Of a DNA stretch of 64,000 bases, positions 13,261-25,700 are shown piece by piece. This stretch comes from Azolla caroliniana. Lineage: Eukaryota; Plantae; Polypodiophyta. Each line of letters starts with the position of its first letter. Positions within the stretch are counted from its first letter, which is position 1. The notes under the pieces are model-generated. The model did no database searches and had not been told where the DNA came from. It saw only the letters and a program-made list of their open reading frames with translations. A program made the translations under genes and the position numbers. Location of the stretch: positions 2,046,001 to 2,110,000 of the forward strand of contig JBHGNT010000005.1 in NCBI GenBank assembly GCA_043228905.1. Direction: 5' to 3'.

Positions 13261-13883
13261 CCCCTTACCTATTTACATTCATAGCTCTAATTCATTTATT
13301 GCATCGTCTTCTACAGGGTCACGTGATTTTTTTCAATAGTCAAGAAGATCAAGACCAAATCATCTTTATGCCAATCTGCAGGAATGGGAGCAGGACATGG
13401 GGCGGAGAGGTTGGAAGACAAAAGAGAGAATAAAGAAACGAAAAGCGAAAAACTAAAACAAATATGTATAAAAAAAAAGTATGCAGGATTTCACAAATTT
13501 TCCTAGGTGAGGTACTTATACTCAAGATTCCCATAAACCACAATATGTTCCGATGGTTCAAAGAAAGACAATAATAATGAAGACACAACATAATCTTCTG
13601 AAATGAAAATACTTTTGTTTGTCAACGATTACTATATCAACCAGCGCCAAGAATAGTGTCACTTGTGCGTTAAGTTTTTAACCAGATAGGTGTTACATGC
13701 GGTAAGTTCTGCTACAAGCGAACCTACCATTCCCTTCCAAGAATGACGGTTACATGAACCTTCCTAGATTTGAAGAAGATTCAGAATTACCAAACCAAAG
13801 AGTTCATGTTGCAGATACATCCCAAAGTATATTTGCTGAGCCATTCATGGGTATCAAGAGCAAAATTGTTGATACTGAGCCTT

Positions 13884-16800
13884 TTAGTAAGGACGGAATT
13901 TGCGAGCCACTCTTAGAGCCATTATCTTCTTCTTATCCTCTTCGAAGCGTTGTTGTAATTCCAGAATTTCTGCCACCATCAAGAATTTACAGAAATATTA
14001 AACAAAGAAACTGAGCTGAAACTGGGAACAATTTGTTGAAGGGTAATAGCCCTAGAACTCATCTCTCCTTCTACACTCTCTCAACACGTTTTTCCTCTAT
14101 AGATTTACTTTATTCCAGCATTTGTTTCAGTTGGCTTTTCAACTTTTTGAGATTACCACCACTTCATTACAATATTTACTACATTGTTCTTTTCTCTCCA
14201 CTACTCCACTATTTTATAAATTCATTAAGCACCCAGGCATAATTTATCCCCTTTGATAAATGCATGTGTTACAAAACCCACTACCATTTTTGTATTTGAA
14301 GGCTTTGAACCTCACTAAGAAATATAGTTTTTCTTTAGTTTATTTTTAAGCTGCTGCTAGCTTCTTTGGCGCTTACAACTGTTCATAACAGTTTTCTCAA
14401 CACAAAAACAACATATATGTGCCATTCAAAAGCACGTCAAGTAAAGAAAGAGGAAAGCACTGAAATAATCCCCAATGTTTTAGATAATTTAGCAGAAACA
14501 ACAAAGATTGTGGCAAACTTGAACTATAACGGATGACTCTAATACATTTTCTAACTTTGGGAGTATTCTGATAAAAATAGTCTCTCTAAAATTCTTGAAA
14601 TTTGGACATCTATCATGCGAATACATTCTTGTAATGCCAAATAATGGAGTCATCTTACTGAAAACGGACATTCATGTATTAGAAATAGTACCCATGCCAA
14701 CATACAACAAATATATAGCTGCATGATATAAATATTACTTAGCCTTGTCGCAATTCACAACAGTTGTGGGTATACACTGTTTGAACAACATACTCACCTC
14801 CATTTTTTTAGATTTGAAATATTTCTAAGTCGTATGTTTCTGATATTTATATACGAAAAATGCTAAATTATGACTGGCAGAAATATTCAGCGTTGGGGCC
14901 AATTTGTTCTGTTCTGAACTTTTAAGTTAGAAGGGTTAAATCTCATGTTCCAAACCCCTTCTCATATGTGAAGGCTTCATTTCATCACGTGTTGGCTATG
15001 AATAAAGACGATATATATGGTCATTAATTCAGAACTATTGTCTATGAATACAAAAAAGGACTGTGTCTATAATATATTCTAGGAAGTTTTTCTGAACATC
15101 CACTGTTGCTGGTTAATTGGAAAATTTGAAAATACATGAGATTTCTTATTTCCAACCTTAGTATATCCTAGAGTCAAGAGAGAGCTGAATATATCTCGTT
15201 CTGTTAAATTATTTCTTGAATAAAGTGTCTTTACTAGGTCATGCAATCATTTGGATGGAGTTAAGAGATAGTCAATCCTCAAACGAAGCATGCAATGACC
15301 AGTTAGTTCTAATATAATTTAAAACTCTAATTAGCCTCTTCCTTAGCTAAGCGTTTCTCCATACAGTAAATGGTCATGGTACCACCTTAATGATTTGGCA
15401 AGATAATCTGTTCCAACCACCGAAGAGAAGGTTTCAATTGCGATGCAGTCAATGACATGTTTTGTCCAAGGACAATTAGTATGCAACAACTGGGTTTGGA
15501 GAAAGGGGAGCATACCATTTCTACGAGCTTCTCGCCGCTGAAACCGATAGAAATTGAGAGATTCATCTTTATATTGTTTCTTTTGCTTTCTTTCAACTGC
15601 AGCCAATGCTACGCCACCAACACTGATCCCACTCTCCACATCAGTTGTCTTCTTCCTCCCTTTGTGATGTTCAACAACTGTCCAACCTTCTTCAAGGGCC
15701 GCTGCCTCTCTTTCTTCCCTAGCCTGAACCAAGTTGACAAAAAGAAAACCCAAAATAAAATGTTTTAGAGCAAGACGAAATTCTTAATCAGTGCGAGATA
15801 AAATATTCTGAGAAAAATAATGCATACCTTCTCTTCGCGTTCCTCAAAATCTGCTATAAATTCATCAGTTTGTTGCTGGAGTACCTCAAAGCCAGGTCTT
15901 TGTCTGTGATATTCAGAGAGCCACTCTGTACAAAATTCAGAATTTTATGTAACCATATACCAAAACGTTAAACACTTTGTAGAAAAAAACATAATATAAA
16001 GGTATTTGATTTGTTGTGTCAATACTGAAAAACAGTTTTTTTTAGAAAGGGAAGTTAAACTTCCACTGACGACTGATACTAAGCTCAAATGATTGGATAT
16101 GTTTAGCATATGACCCAAGGAATGAATCAGTAAAAGAACAGAGCATACTTCGCATTCCTCGCAAAGGACCATTCTCTGATGGTTGAACCTCTATAGGATC
16201 TCCATTTCCTGTATTCAATCTCTTTTCTGACTTGCTTAAGCCTGTAAACAATCATAAATAGACTATGAAAGAATAATCCTACTATTTAAACAGGAACAAG
16301 TCCATTGACAATCGAAATGAAATACAACTTAAACTTGGCAAAAATGATGTGTACCATGTATATCTAGCATGTCCATAAGAATACATTCACTATGTTCTTG
16401 TCAATGGGAAAACACATGATAGGGATGAATCGCACGCTAGTCTTAGTTAAAAGTATACATTCCACAGGTAGCATGTCCAAAGCCATAATAGCCACCATGA
16501 GATAAAGTCCATACTCATGGGAAAGTACACAGAGAGATGAAATACAAGCAAATCTTACCCAGAGTCTCATAATATATAGCTAAAATAACCATACGCAAAT
16601 AATCAACACAAAAATACAATCCATGAATATCCACACGCACATAATCAACGCGAAAATACAATTCATGTCTATGAAGAAATACATAATAGAGGTCAATATA
16701 GAAGCTGCGAAAAGTTGTGTACAATTTATAGCTAGCATGTGCATTAGTTATCCCTCCTCTCCCTAGTTATGCTAACACAGACCTTTTTGTATGGAGCCAG

Positions 16801-16947
16801 GAGACTTCTGTGCCTTCTTTCTTTTCTGAGGAAAAAAATAAAATCTCTCTGTCTCTGTCTCTCTCTCAATCAAACAAACAAAGTGAAAAGAAAAGAGCTA
16901 CATACCTTTCCTCCTCTGCCTGCATTGGCGGCCTGTATTAACGCCAT
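13884..16947 (-). CDS. RRP7: Ribosomal RNA-processing protein 7-like, 189 aa; exons 16947-16906, 16825-16783, 16241-16149, 15925-15828, 15723-15516, 13969-13884
   Basis: Six exons with GT-AG borders give a 570-nt open frame: MALIQAANAGRGGK|KRKK...GMRK|WLSEYHRQRPGFEVLQQQTDEFIADFEEREEK|AREERE...EEGWTVVEHHKGRKK...NFYRFQRREARRN|EILELQQRFEEDKKKIMALRVARKFRPY*. This matches the RRP7 C-terminal domain. The first two small exons are less certain. Confidence 0.88.
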
Positions 16948-17106
16948 AGCCAAAACTGGGCCCAGAGAAACCTCTTGTTTCTTCTTCTTCTGCTGCTTCG
17001 CTGAAGCTCGGGAAGAAAGAAAACAGAGCTCCCAAATGTTTTCTTTATTTCCCCAAATGACCCTGAGTTTTCGTTATTTATGCAAATGCCCTCTCTGCTC
17101 AACTCC

Positions 17107-17864
17107 ATAGATAGATAGATTATATTATCGTCTTCAGAGGTCAAATATGACCTATGAGACCAAAAAAATTTACATTTCACGTGATACGTGTGAAAGTGAG
17201 TAGCGACTCTCGATGTTCAAGAACTTTACCAATGAATGTTGCAATCGACAGTGCATATTATGGTTGTGAGAGAAATTCGTGCAAGGATTGGGCTTGGTCG
17301 AAGATGTGTGGAAAGCATGGTCGAATATGATCAAAGGCAGAGCATTGTATCAAAGTGTGATACTCAGACTCTCGAACTTGTTTAGGGCAAAGTGTGCATA
17401 GTCGACCACTCTCATCACTTGTGCCCCAACGCCCCATCTCACATCGCAATGCATGCGAGCTAAGTCACATGGAAGCAATGGTTTGAATAGATGCCAACCG
17501 AATGGGCTCTAATATGTATTGATGTGTACAGTTTCCCCGTTCCACGAAGAATATGGTTTTGTAGTTAGGTGCAACATGTGTAGTATAATGTATGAAGCGT
17601 GAGCCTCCACATTTTTCCCATGTCATGATACATTGGTGTTGCAAAAAGGCCCCACTTACAGAGGAATCTACTGATGCATCATGAAGCAAATGTGTTGCAT
17701 CCCATCTACCAAACCACTTTTTCATATCTTGCATCCAACCGGAACACAAAAATTTGCTTTTATGCGTCTTTTGGATCTTTTTGCTTGCTTCCCATGCGAT
17801 TCTAGGAAGTCGATGCGAGGGACTTTTTTGAACCTTAAGCATGTATTCAACAACCCTTTCCATG
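17107..17864 (-). mobile_element. 5'-truncated RTE/RTEX-like LINE copy
   Basis: Close paralogue of 22756-23520 (MERVVEYMLKVQKSPSHRLPRIAWEASKK...RLCTLCPKQVRESEYHTLIQC) with a (GATA)n tail at 17107-17120. Confidence 0.9.
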
Positions 17865-17881
17865 CGAGAGAGAGAGAGAGA

Positions 17882-19760
17882 GCAAATATGACCTATGTAT
17901 GAGACAAAAAATGTAACGTAATACATGTGAAAGTGAGAAGTGACTCTCAATGTTCAAAATACTTTACTAATGAATGCCACAATTGAGAGTGCACACTATG
18001 ATCGTGACAGAAATTCGTGAAATGACTAGGTTTGGTTGAAGATGTGTTGAAGGGCATAGTCAGATGTGATCAAAGGCATAGAGCATTGTCTCAAAGTGTG
18101 CACCATCAACTATTCTCATCACTTATTCCCTAATACACCCCCAATTGACCTATTAGTGAGTGTGAACTGTCGGGAACTGAACGTTCCTTATGCGCAAGAC
18201 TCGGCCACAACCGAGATTCTTTTCACACACAGAAAAACAAGTAATGAAACGCGACACAAAGAAGAAGAGAAGTGGTACACAGGAGGTTTACGTGGAAAAC
18301 CCCAAACTAAGGGAAAAACCACGGCAGCCCACAGGCTGCAAACTGTCACTATGTATGAATGTACAAAACAGTGAGTTCACGGAGGCAACGACCTCGGACT
18401 CACGCTCTTCGCCACAGGTGGCGGTTACAACAGAGGCAACGACCTCTATCTCTCTCTATCTCTCTGTGTGCAACGTTACGCACACTAATCTCATGTAATA
18501 CAGAAAATTGACTACAACTATTAGTTTGCCCTAAGTCATATTTATACTAATATGACTTTTCGGCTTTTTACAAATATAGCCACGATGGGCTCTCAGAAAC
18601 ATATTTACGAATATGTCTCTTCCTCCGGTTCGTACCGGGCCTGCACCATCCGGCTCTCTGTAGCCGGGTACTCCTCATCCGGTTCATACCGGGTCTGCAC
18701 CATCCGGCTCTCCGTAGCCGGGTACTCCTCATCCGGTTCATACCGGGCCTGCACCATCCGGCTCTCCGTAGCCGGGTACTCCTCATCCGGTTCATACCGG
18801 GCCTGCACCATCCGGCTCTCCGTAGCCGGGTACTCCTCATACGGTTTCGGTCGAGGCCCATCGTCACTGATCTTCTCCCTTCCCATCCGGAGGGACCTAT
18901 CTCCCAACATGAACTAGGTTATATGGAACCAATGCTTCAATTTTTAATGGCAAACAATGAGATTGGTTCTAACATGTATTGAACGTAAATGGTTTCCTTG
19001 TTTTGCTAATAATATGGTTTTGTAGTTAGGTGCAAGTTGCCACATATGAAGTATAATGTGTGAAGTGTGAACCTTCACATTTTTCCCAAATTGTGATACA
19101 TTGGCATTGCAAAAAGGCCTTATTGATGCAACATGAAGTAATTGTGTTGCATCCAATCACAAACCAAATTTCTATATCTTGCATCCAATCAACACAAAAT
19201 TTTGCTTTTATGTGTCTTTCAAATCTTTTTGCTTGCTTTCCATGGAATTCTAGGAAGTTGATGTGAGGAACACTTTTGAACCTTAAACATGTACTGGACA
19301 ACCCTTTCCATTGTCATGATCTCAATGGAAACTGTTCTTGTCTCAAGTAGGAGAGTATAGGACATCAATTTCATGACTTGGTGAAACTTGTCGAAAATAC
19401 TTTTGGACATTTTCAAACTCTTTCCAAATGGACATAGGGATGGAACCATCCCATATTTTTACCCCAATAGAGAAGCACTAGTGCCATCAAAGTGTTGAAA
19501 AGATGTTTTTTGAGAAGCCAAAATTAGCTTTTTGGTCATTGCATGTGTTTTCAAATGCATAACATGCTCTCGTTCCTGGGTCTCAGTGGTAGGCATCACA
19601 TTCATTCAATTTGTGATTTAAGGGAACTTCAAAGCCAAGGTATTTAAAGCTTTCCATAGCCTCAAGTGACTCATTAGATATTATGTATGGTTAATCCTTT
19701 AATTTGACTCTTCACAATCATAAACTGTGTGTGTTGATAGAGAGAAAGAGTTGTCATGGT
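17882..19760 (-). mobile_element. Older, degraded RTE/RTEX-like LINE copy, split by a solo LTR and fused to a copia fragment
   Basis: Decayed matches to the intact LINE (3' UTR CAAATATGACCTATG; SIEIMTMERVVQYMFKVQK; ESFKYLG; MIVKSQ), with many indels. Confidence 0.82.
18168..18909 (-). mobile_element. Solo LTR, copia family A
   Basis: TG/CA ends, TSD TGAAC (18163-18167 / 18910-18914); about four 57-bp tandem units very similar to those of the 1210-1983 LTR. Confidence 0.93.
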
Positions 19761-20590
19761 CCTTTCTCGTCAGGGATGTGCACGTACGCTATTGCACTGA
19801 ATATCCGGGTGTGCGATAAGTCTGGCTTCTTTCTGAAGTATTTTTCGTGCGGAGTAACCTCGTGCACGCTGGATGTTGTTCACCGGTTCATTAGGTAGAC
19901 GGTCGCATTTGCAACTTCAGCCCAATAAGACTTGGGCATATGCTTCTTGTTCATCATGGCCCGTGCTACTTCGAGGATGTGTCGATTTTTGCGCTTTAAT
20001 TTGACTCTTCACAATCATAAACTGTGTGTGTTGATAGAGAGAAAGAGTTGTCATGGTCCTTTCTCGTCGGGGATGTGCACGTACGCTATCGCACTGAATA
20101 TCCGGGTGTGCGATAAGTCTGGCTTCTTTCTGAAGTATTTTTCGTGCGGAGTAACCTCGTGCACGTTGGATGTTGTGCACCGGTTCATTAGGTAGACGGC
20201 CGCATTTGCAACTTCAGCCCAATAAGACTTGGGCATATGCTTCTTGTTCATCATGGCCCGTGCTACTTCGAGGATGTGTCGATTTTTGCGCTTTAATTTG
20301 ACTCTTCACAATCATAAACTGTGTGTGTTGATAGATCTGAGAAAGAGTTGTCATGGTCCTTTCTCGTCGGGGATGTGCACGTACGCTATCGCGCTGAATA
20401 TCCGGGTGTGTGATAAGTCTGGCTTCTTTCTGAAGTATTTTTCGTGCGGAGTAACCTCGTGCACGCTCGATGTTGTGCACCGGTTCATTAGGTAGACGGC
20501 CGCATTTGCAACTTCAGCCCAATAAGACTTGGGCATATGCTTCTTGTTCATCATGGCCCGTGCTACTTCGAGGATGTGTCGATTTTTGCG
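19697..20590. repeat. Tandem triplication (297, 297 and 300 bp) spanning a LINE/copia junction
   Basis: Units begin CTTTAATTTGACTC at 19697, 19994 and 20291; each has ~65 bp of LINE-derived and ~230 bp of copia integrase-derived sequence (MMNKKHMPKSYWAEVANAAVYLMNR...HIPDEK). Confidence 0.93.
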
Positions 20591-22755
20591 CTCGGCTACG
20601 CCGTTTTGTTGCGAAGTGTGTCAGCAAGTGAATTCTCGCCGAATTCCTTCCTTTCGGAGATACGCCGTGAAATCGTCCGAGAAGTACTCCTTGCCGCCAT
20701 CTGATCGAAGGCATCGTACATGTCGGCCCGTGGCTTTCTCGACTTCATTCTTGAATTTTTGGAAGTGTCTGAACACTTTGCTCTTTTGCCGCATCAGGTA
20801 GATCCAAGTGTGCCTGGAGAAGTCGTCGATGAAGAGCACGTAATATCGGCATCCGCCGAATGTAGCCGTCTGTGCCGGTCCCCATACGTCGAAATGGACT
20901 ACGTCGAGTAGACCTTTGCTCACGTTCCGCTCTTTCGGGAATGGGTGGCGGTGTTGCTTGCCGAATTGGCACGCTTCGCATACACCTTCAATCTCCTTCT
21001 CTTTGAATGTCGGGAGTCCGATGACGACTCCTTTCGACTTCATTGCTTTGAGTTTGTTGAGATTGATGTGGCCAATCTGCCTGTGCCATAACTCTATGTC
21101 GGAGTCGGCTTTCGTGCTTTTCGCAAACATGGCGGATTTCATCTCGTGTGAATCGAGAATGAACATCCGGCCCTCTCTTCTTCCACGTACGATGATTCAG
21201 CCTTCTTTTTCGATGAAGCACCCTTCTTGGTTGAATCGTACTTGCATCCCTTGCTCAACCATTTGGCCGACCAAGACCAAATTCTTTGTGATGGTGTGAA
21301 CATGCAAGACATTTTTAATGTATGTTTCCTTACCTCTTTTGCCAAATGGAACATTGCCGATGTGCCGAATCGGGTGCGTAGTGGCATCTCCGGTTTCGAC
21401 ATAACTGGGTCGCTCCGGCTCTCGAAATTTGAGAAACCATTCTTTATGGGATGTCATATAGTTTGAGGCTCCGAAGTCAACAAACCATACGTCCTCCAGA
21501 TTGAGGGCACTAGTTGAGGTAGAGGCCGACATAGAGTTTGCTCTATGTTTCATCATGAACATTCCGCCACGGTCGGAGTTGCGTGCATACATTCCGCCAC
21601 GATCTTCGTAGTCAGAGTTGTTCCCGTACATTCCGCTATACTCTTCGTAGTCGGAATTGTGCTCGTAATTTGTGAGTTGTCAGCTTGTGGAAGCCGATTC
21701 ACGCATCTTCTTTCGACACTCTTCTTCGTGGTGGCCGAGCTTTCCGCAATATCCGCATTCGGTTGCATTTTGACGGCTCGGGCCGGAGTGGAAGCTCCCC
21801 CTTCTTGCGAAGGTTCCTCGTTGGCTTTTGTTTTGCAGCCGAAATTGGGAGTTGTTATTGTAGGTCGGACCTCGTCCGCCTTGTCCTTGGCCGAATCGGC
21901 CTCTCGACTGTCCGCGTCCTCTTCCTCCATTCGAGTACGTGTAGAGCATGTGGCCTTCCGACTCATTGCTCCTTGTACGCGCGTGGTTTTCTTCGACCAA
22001 TAGCATTGATTGGAGCTCGAAGAAGGAGGGAGATTTCTCCCGTGCTAGAACGGCGGTTCACATCGCGCCGAACCGTGGTGCGAGGCCGCCAAGGCATATT
22101 TGAATCGCTTATTGAGCCGAGCGAATCGCAAAGCTCCTTGATCTTCTAGGTGTATGTCATGATGGACATGTCCCTTTGTTGAATGTTGTTCAACTCTTGG
22201 CGGAGTTGAAGCCTTCTTGCGGTTTGTGTTCGCCGCGAAAATCTTTCGTAGATTTTCCCATGCCTCCGGCGTCTTGGCTTCGTGAATGTAGCCGAGCATG
22301 TGATCGTGAACACATGTTGCCAAGAAATACATCACGTGGCTTGCGGGTTGCTCCCATGTCGCGTATCCGGGAGCCGCTTCGGCGGGTCGTTCTTCATGCG
22401 CTCCTTTGATGTAGCTCCAATAACCTTGTCCGACAAGGTATTGGTGCATCTTGTACTCCCAAGATGCGAAGTTGTTTCGATCCAACTTCTCGGTAGGGAG
22501 AGCGCTCCCCATTTGAGTATTCATTATGTCAATTCTTCTTCTTCTTCTTCTTCTCTCTTCGAATGCAAGCTATGTAGCGAAGCTACGATAGCGATGAGCC
22601 GGTTCTTGGTCATCGGCGTAGAGCACAACACACGATCATGATGAGGCGAATGGGCTAGATCGAGCTACCAAATCGCTCTGATACCATGTAAAGAATCAAG
22701 AGATGGATTCTTGTGAAGCGGAAGAGATATGAGTTATGTGTGTGTATGAGAGAGA

Positions 22756-25700
22756 GATAGATAGATAGATAGATAGATTATATTATCGTCTTCGGAGGTC
22801 AAATATGACCTATGAGACCAAAAATATTACATTTCACGTGATATGTGTGAAAGTGAGTAGTGACTCTCGATGTTCAAGAACTTTACCAATGAATGTTGCA
22901 ATCGAGAGTGCACATTGTGGTTGTGAGAGGAATTCATGCAAAGATTGGGCTCGATCGAAGAGATGTGTAAAGCATGGTCGAATATGATCAAAGGCAGAGC
23001 ATTGTATCAAAGTGTGATACTCAGACTCGCGAACTTGTTTAGGGCAAAGTGCGCATAGCCGACCACTCTCATCACTTGTACCCCAACGCCCTGTTTCACA
23101 TCGCAATGCATGTGAGCTAAGTCGCATGGAAGCAATGGTTCGAATGGAAGATAACGGTATGGGCTCTAACATGTATGGATGTGTACGATTTCCCCGTTCC
23201 GCGAAGAATATGGTTTTGTAGTTAGGTGCAACATGTGTAGTATAATGTGTGAAGCGTGAGCCTCCACATTTGTCCCATGTCATGATACATTGGCGTTGCA
23301 AAAATGCCTCATTTACAGAGGAATCTAATGATGCATCATGAAGCAAGTGTCTCGCATCCCATCTACCAAACCATTTTTCTATATCTTGCATCCAACCGGA
23401 ACACAAAATTTTGCTTTTATGCGTCTTTTGGATCTTTTTGCTTGCTTCCCACGCAATTCTAGGAAGTCGATGTGAGGGACTTTTTTGAACCTTAAGCATG
23501 TATTCAACAACCCTTTCCATGGCCATGATCTCAATGGGAAGCGATCCTGTCTCAAGGAGGAGGAGGGTGTAGGGCGTTTGTTTCTTAACTTGTAGAAACT
23601 TGGTAAGAAAATGCTTTTGGACATTTTCAAACTCTTTCCACATAGATTTAGGGATGCTACCGCCCCATACTTCCACCCCATAGAGAAGAACCGGTGTCAC
23701 CAAAGTGTCGAAAAGATATTTCTTGAGGACCCAACACTTAATATCTCCAAGATTGCATGTGTTCTCAAATGCATAGTATGCTCGCTTGCCCGCCTCTAAG
23801 CGGCGTGTAGCACATTCATTCCATCTATGATTTGAAGGAACTTCAAGGCCAAGATATTTGAAGCTTTCCACACATTCAAGTGGCTCATTGTTGTACATAA
23901 TGCATGGTTTATCTCTTTTTTGGCTCTTCACAAGCATAATCTTTGTTTTAGAGCTATTGACACTTAATTTAGTATGCATGCAAATTTTTTCCAATGCCTT
24001 CATAAGCTTTTGTGCATCTCCTAAAGTATTTGCAAAAAGCACTACATCATCTGCATATAGCAAAAGCATAATCACAACATTCCCAATGGCAACTTCTTCA
24101 ACACATTCTTCCTTTGCAAACTTGGTAACCATTTCTTCCAATTCATCAATGCATAGACCAAATAGTGTTGGTGAGAGTGGGCATCCTTGCTTAACACCAA
24201 TAGTGCTTTTGAAAAAATCTGAAAGTTTATCTCTCATGCGCACACAACATATAACCTTCTCATAAATTCGGGAAATTGCAAGCATATATTCACTTGGCAC
24301 CTCAAGTTCTTCCATTCGCCTCCAAAGATGCTCACGAGGTACCATATCAAAAGCTTTCTTGAAGTCTACAAAGCAACAATATAAACCTTTACCTCTAAGG
24401 CGACTTTCCTCCATTAATACTCGAAGGGTGATAAGGTGATCAATGGTGCTATGGTGTTTCCGAAAGCCAGCTTGTCCATAAGCTCTCTTACCACTTTTTT
24501 CAGCCCATACACTTATCTTTGATTCCATTATACATCCAAATAGTTTTGCCATTAATGAGCCAACCATGATGGTTCGATAGTTGTTTACATTATTTATATC
24601 TCCACCTTTATGTAAAGGTTTGATCCAATTTGTAGTCCAATCGTACGGCATACCATGTTGCAATGCATCATTAAACATATCGCTTATCCATATATGTGCT
24701 TCCTTTCCCGTCCATTTGAGCATTTCAGCCTTTATACATTGAAGATCGCTTGCCTTTCGAGAGGCCAATTTCTTAAGTCCTATGCATATATCTTCAATTG
24801 TAAAGAAGGGAGGCATATGTGAAAGAGAACCATAACACATCATCTTTCCGGCAAGAGATAACTCATATAAATTCTTACAATGCATAGACAAGTCGTGAAG
24901 AGTTAAGTCACCATAACTCTCAACACGTTTTCCCTTTAGATTTCCCCAAAATTTAGCACATGCATGTGCTTTCTCTTGCGTTTGGATAAGTTGTTGAGTA
25001 ACTTCCCATATTCTTCTCTTTCTTTGAATAAGCCTTTTATACTCATGCAAATGATTTTGGTAATTCTCTTTATCCTTAACTACATCCAAAACCATAAGGC
25101 ACTTTCGAGCTTCATGACATTCTTTATCAAACCATTTTTTCCTAAGTTTCTTGGTGCATTTCCAAGATGTGCGATTGGTCGAAAAACATTTGTTTGTACA
25201 TGAGAGAATGACTTTCTTGAAAGCTTCCCATTTGCATTCTAGTGTGGCACCATGTTGTATCTTTGTCATTTGTAACATATCCTCAACCATCTTGGAATAC
25301 ATGGGTGCTCGCTTAAGGTTCATGCTCAAGTGCGGTTGTTTATTATCTTCAATAGCCTTCTCACAATCAAACCTATGCATACATTTGAGATCGATACATA
25401 AAGGCCTATGATCGGATTCCGGTGTCCATTCACCAAGTGAGAATTTATGTATACGATCCAAAATACATTCGGAAAGTAGCACATAGTCAATCACACTATT
25501 TCCATTGTGTTTTCTACATGTAAAACCATTAGTGTTGGGCCATAAGGAAATACCATTTGCAATAAGCAATCCGGTACTATTGCACATTTGTAGGAGTAAC
25601 TTCCCAAATTGGTCCGGATCTTTTTCATCGCTAGAAGAGTGGTTATACATTTGCATATCCTCTTGCATCCTTGAGATATGTGGCATGAAAGATTCTTGTG

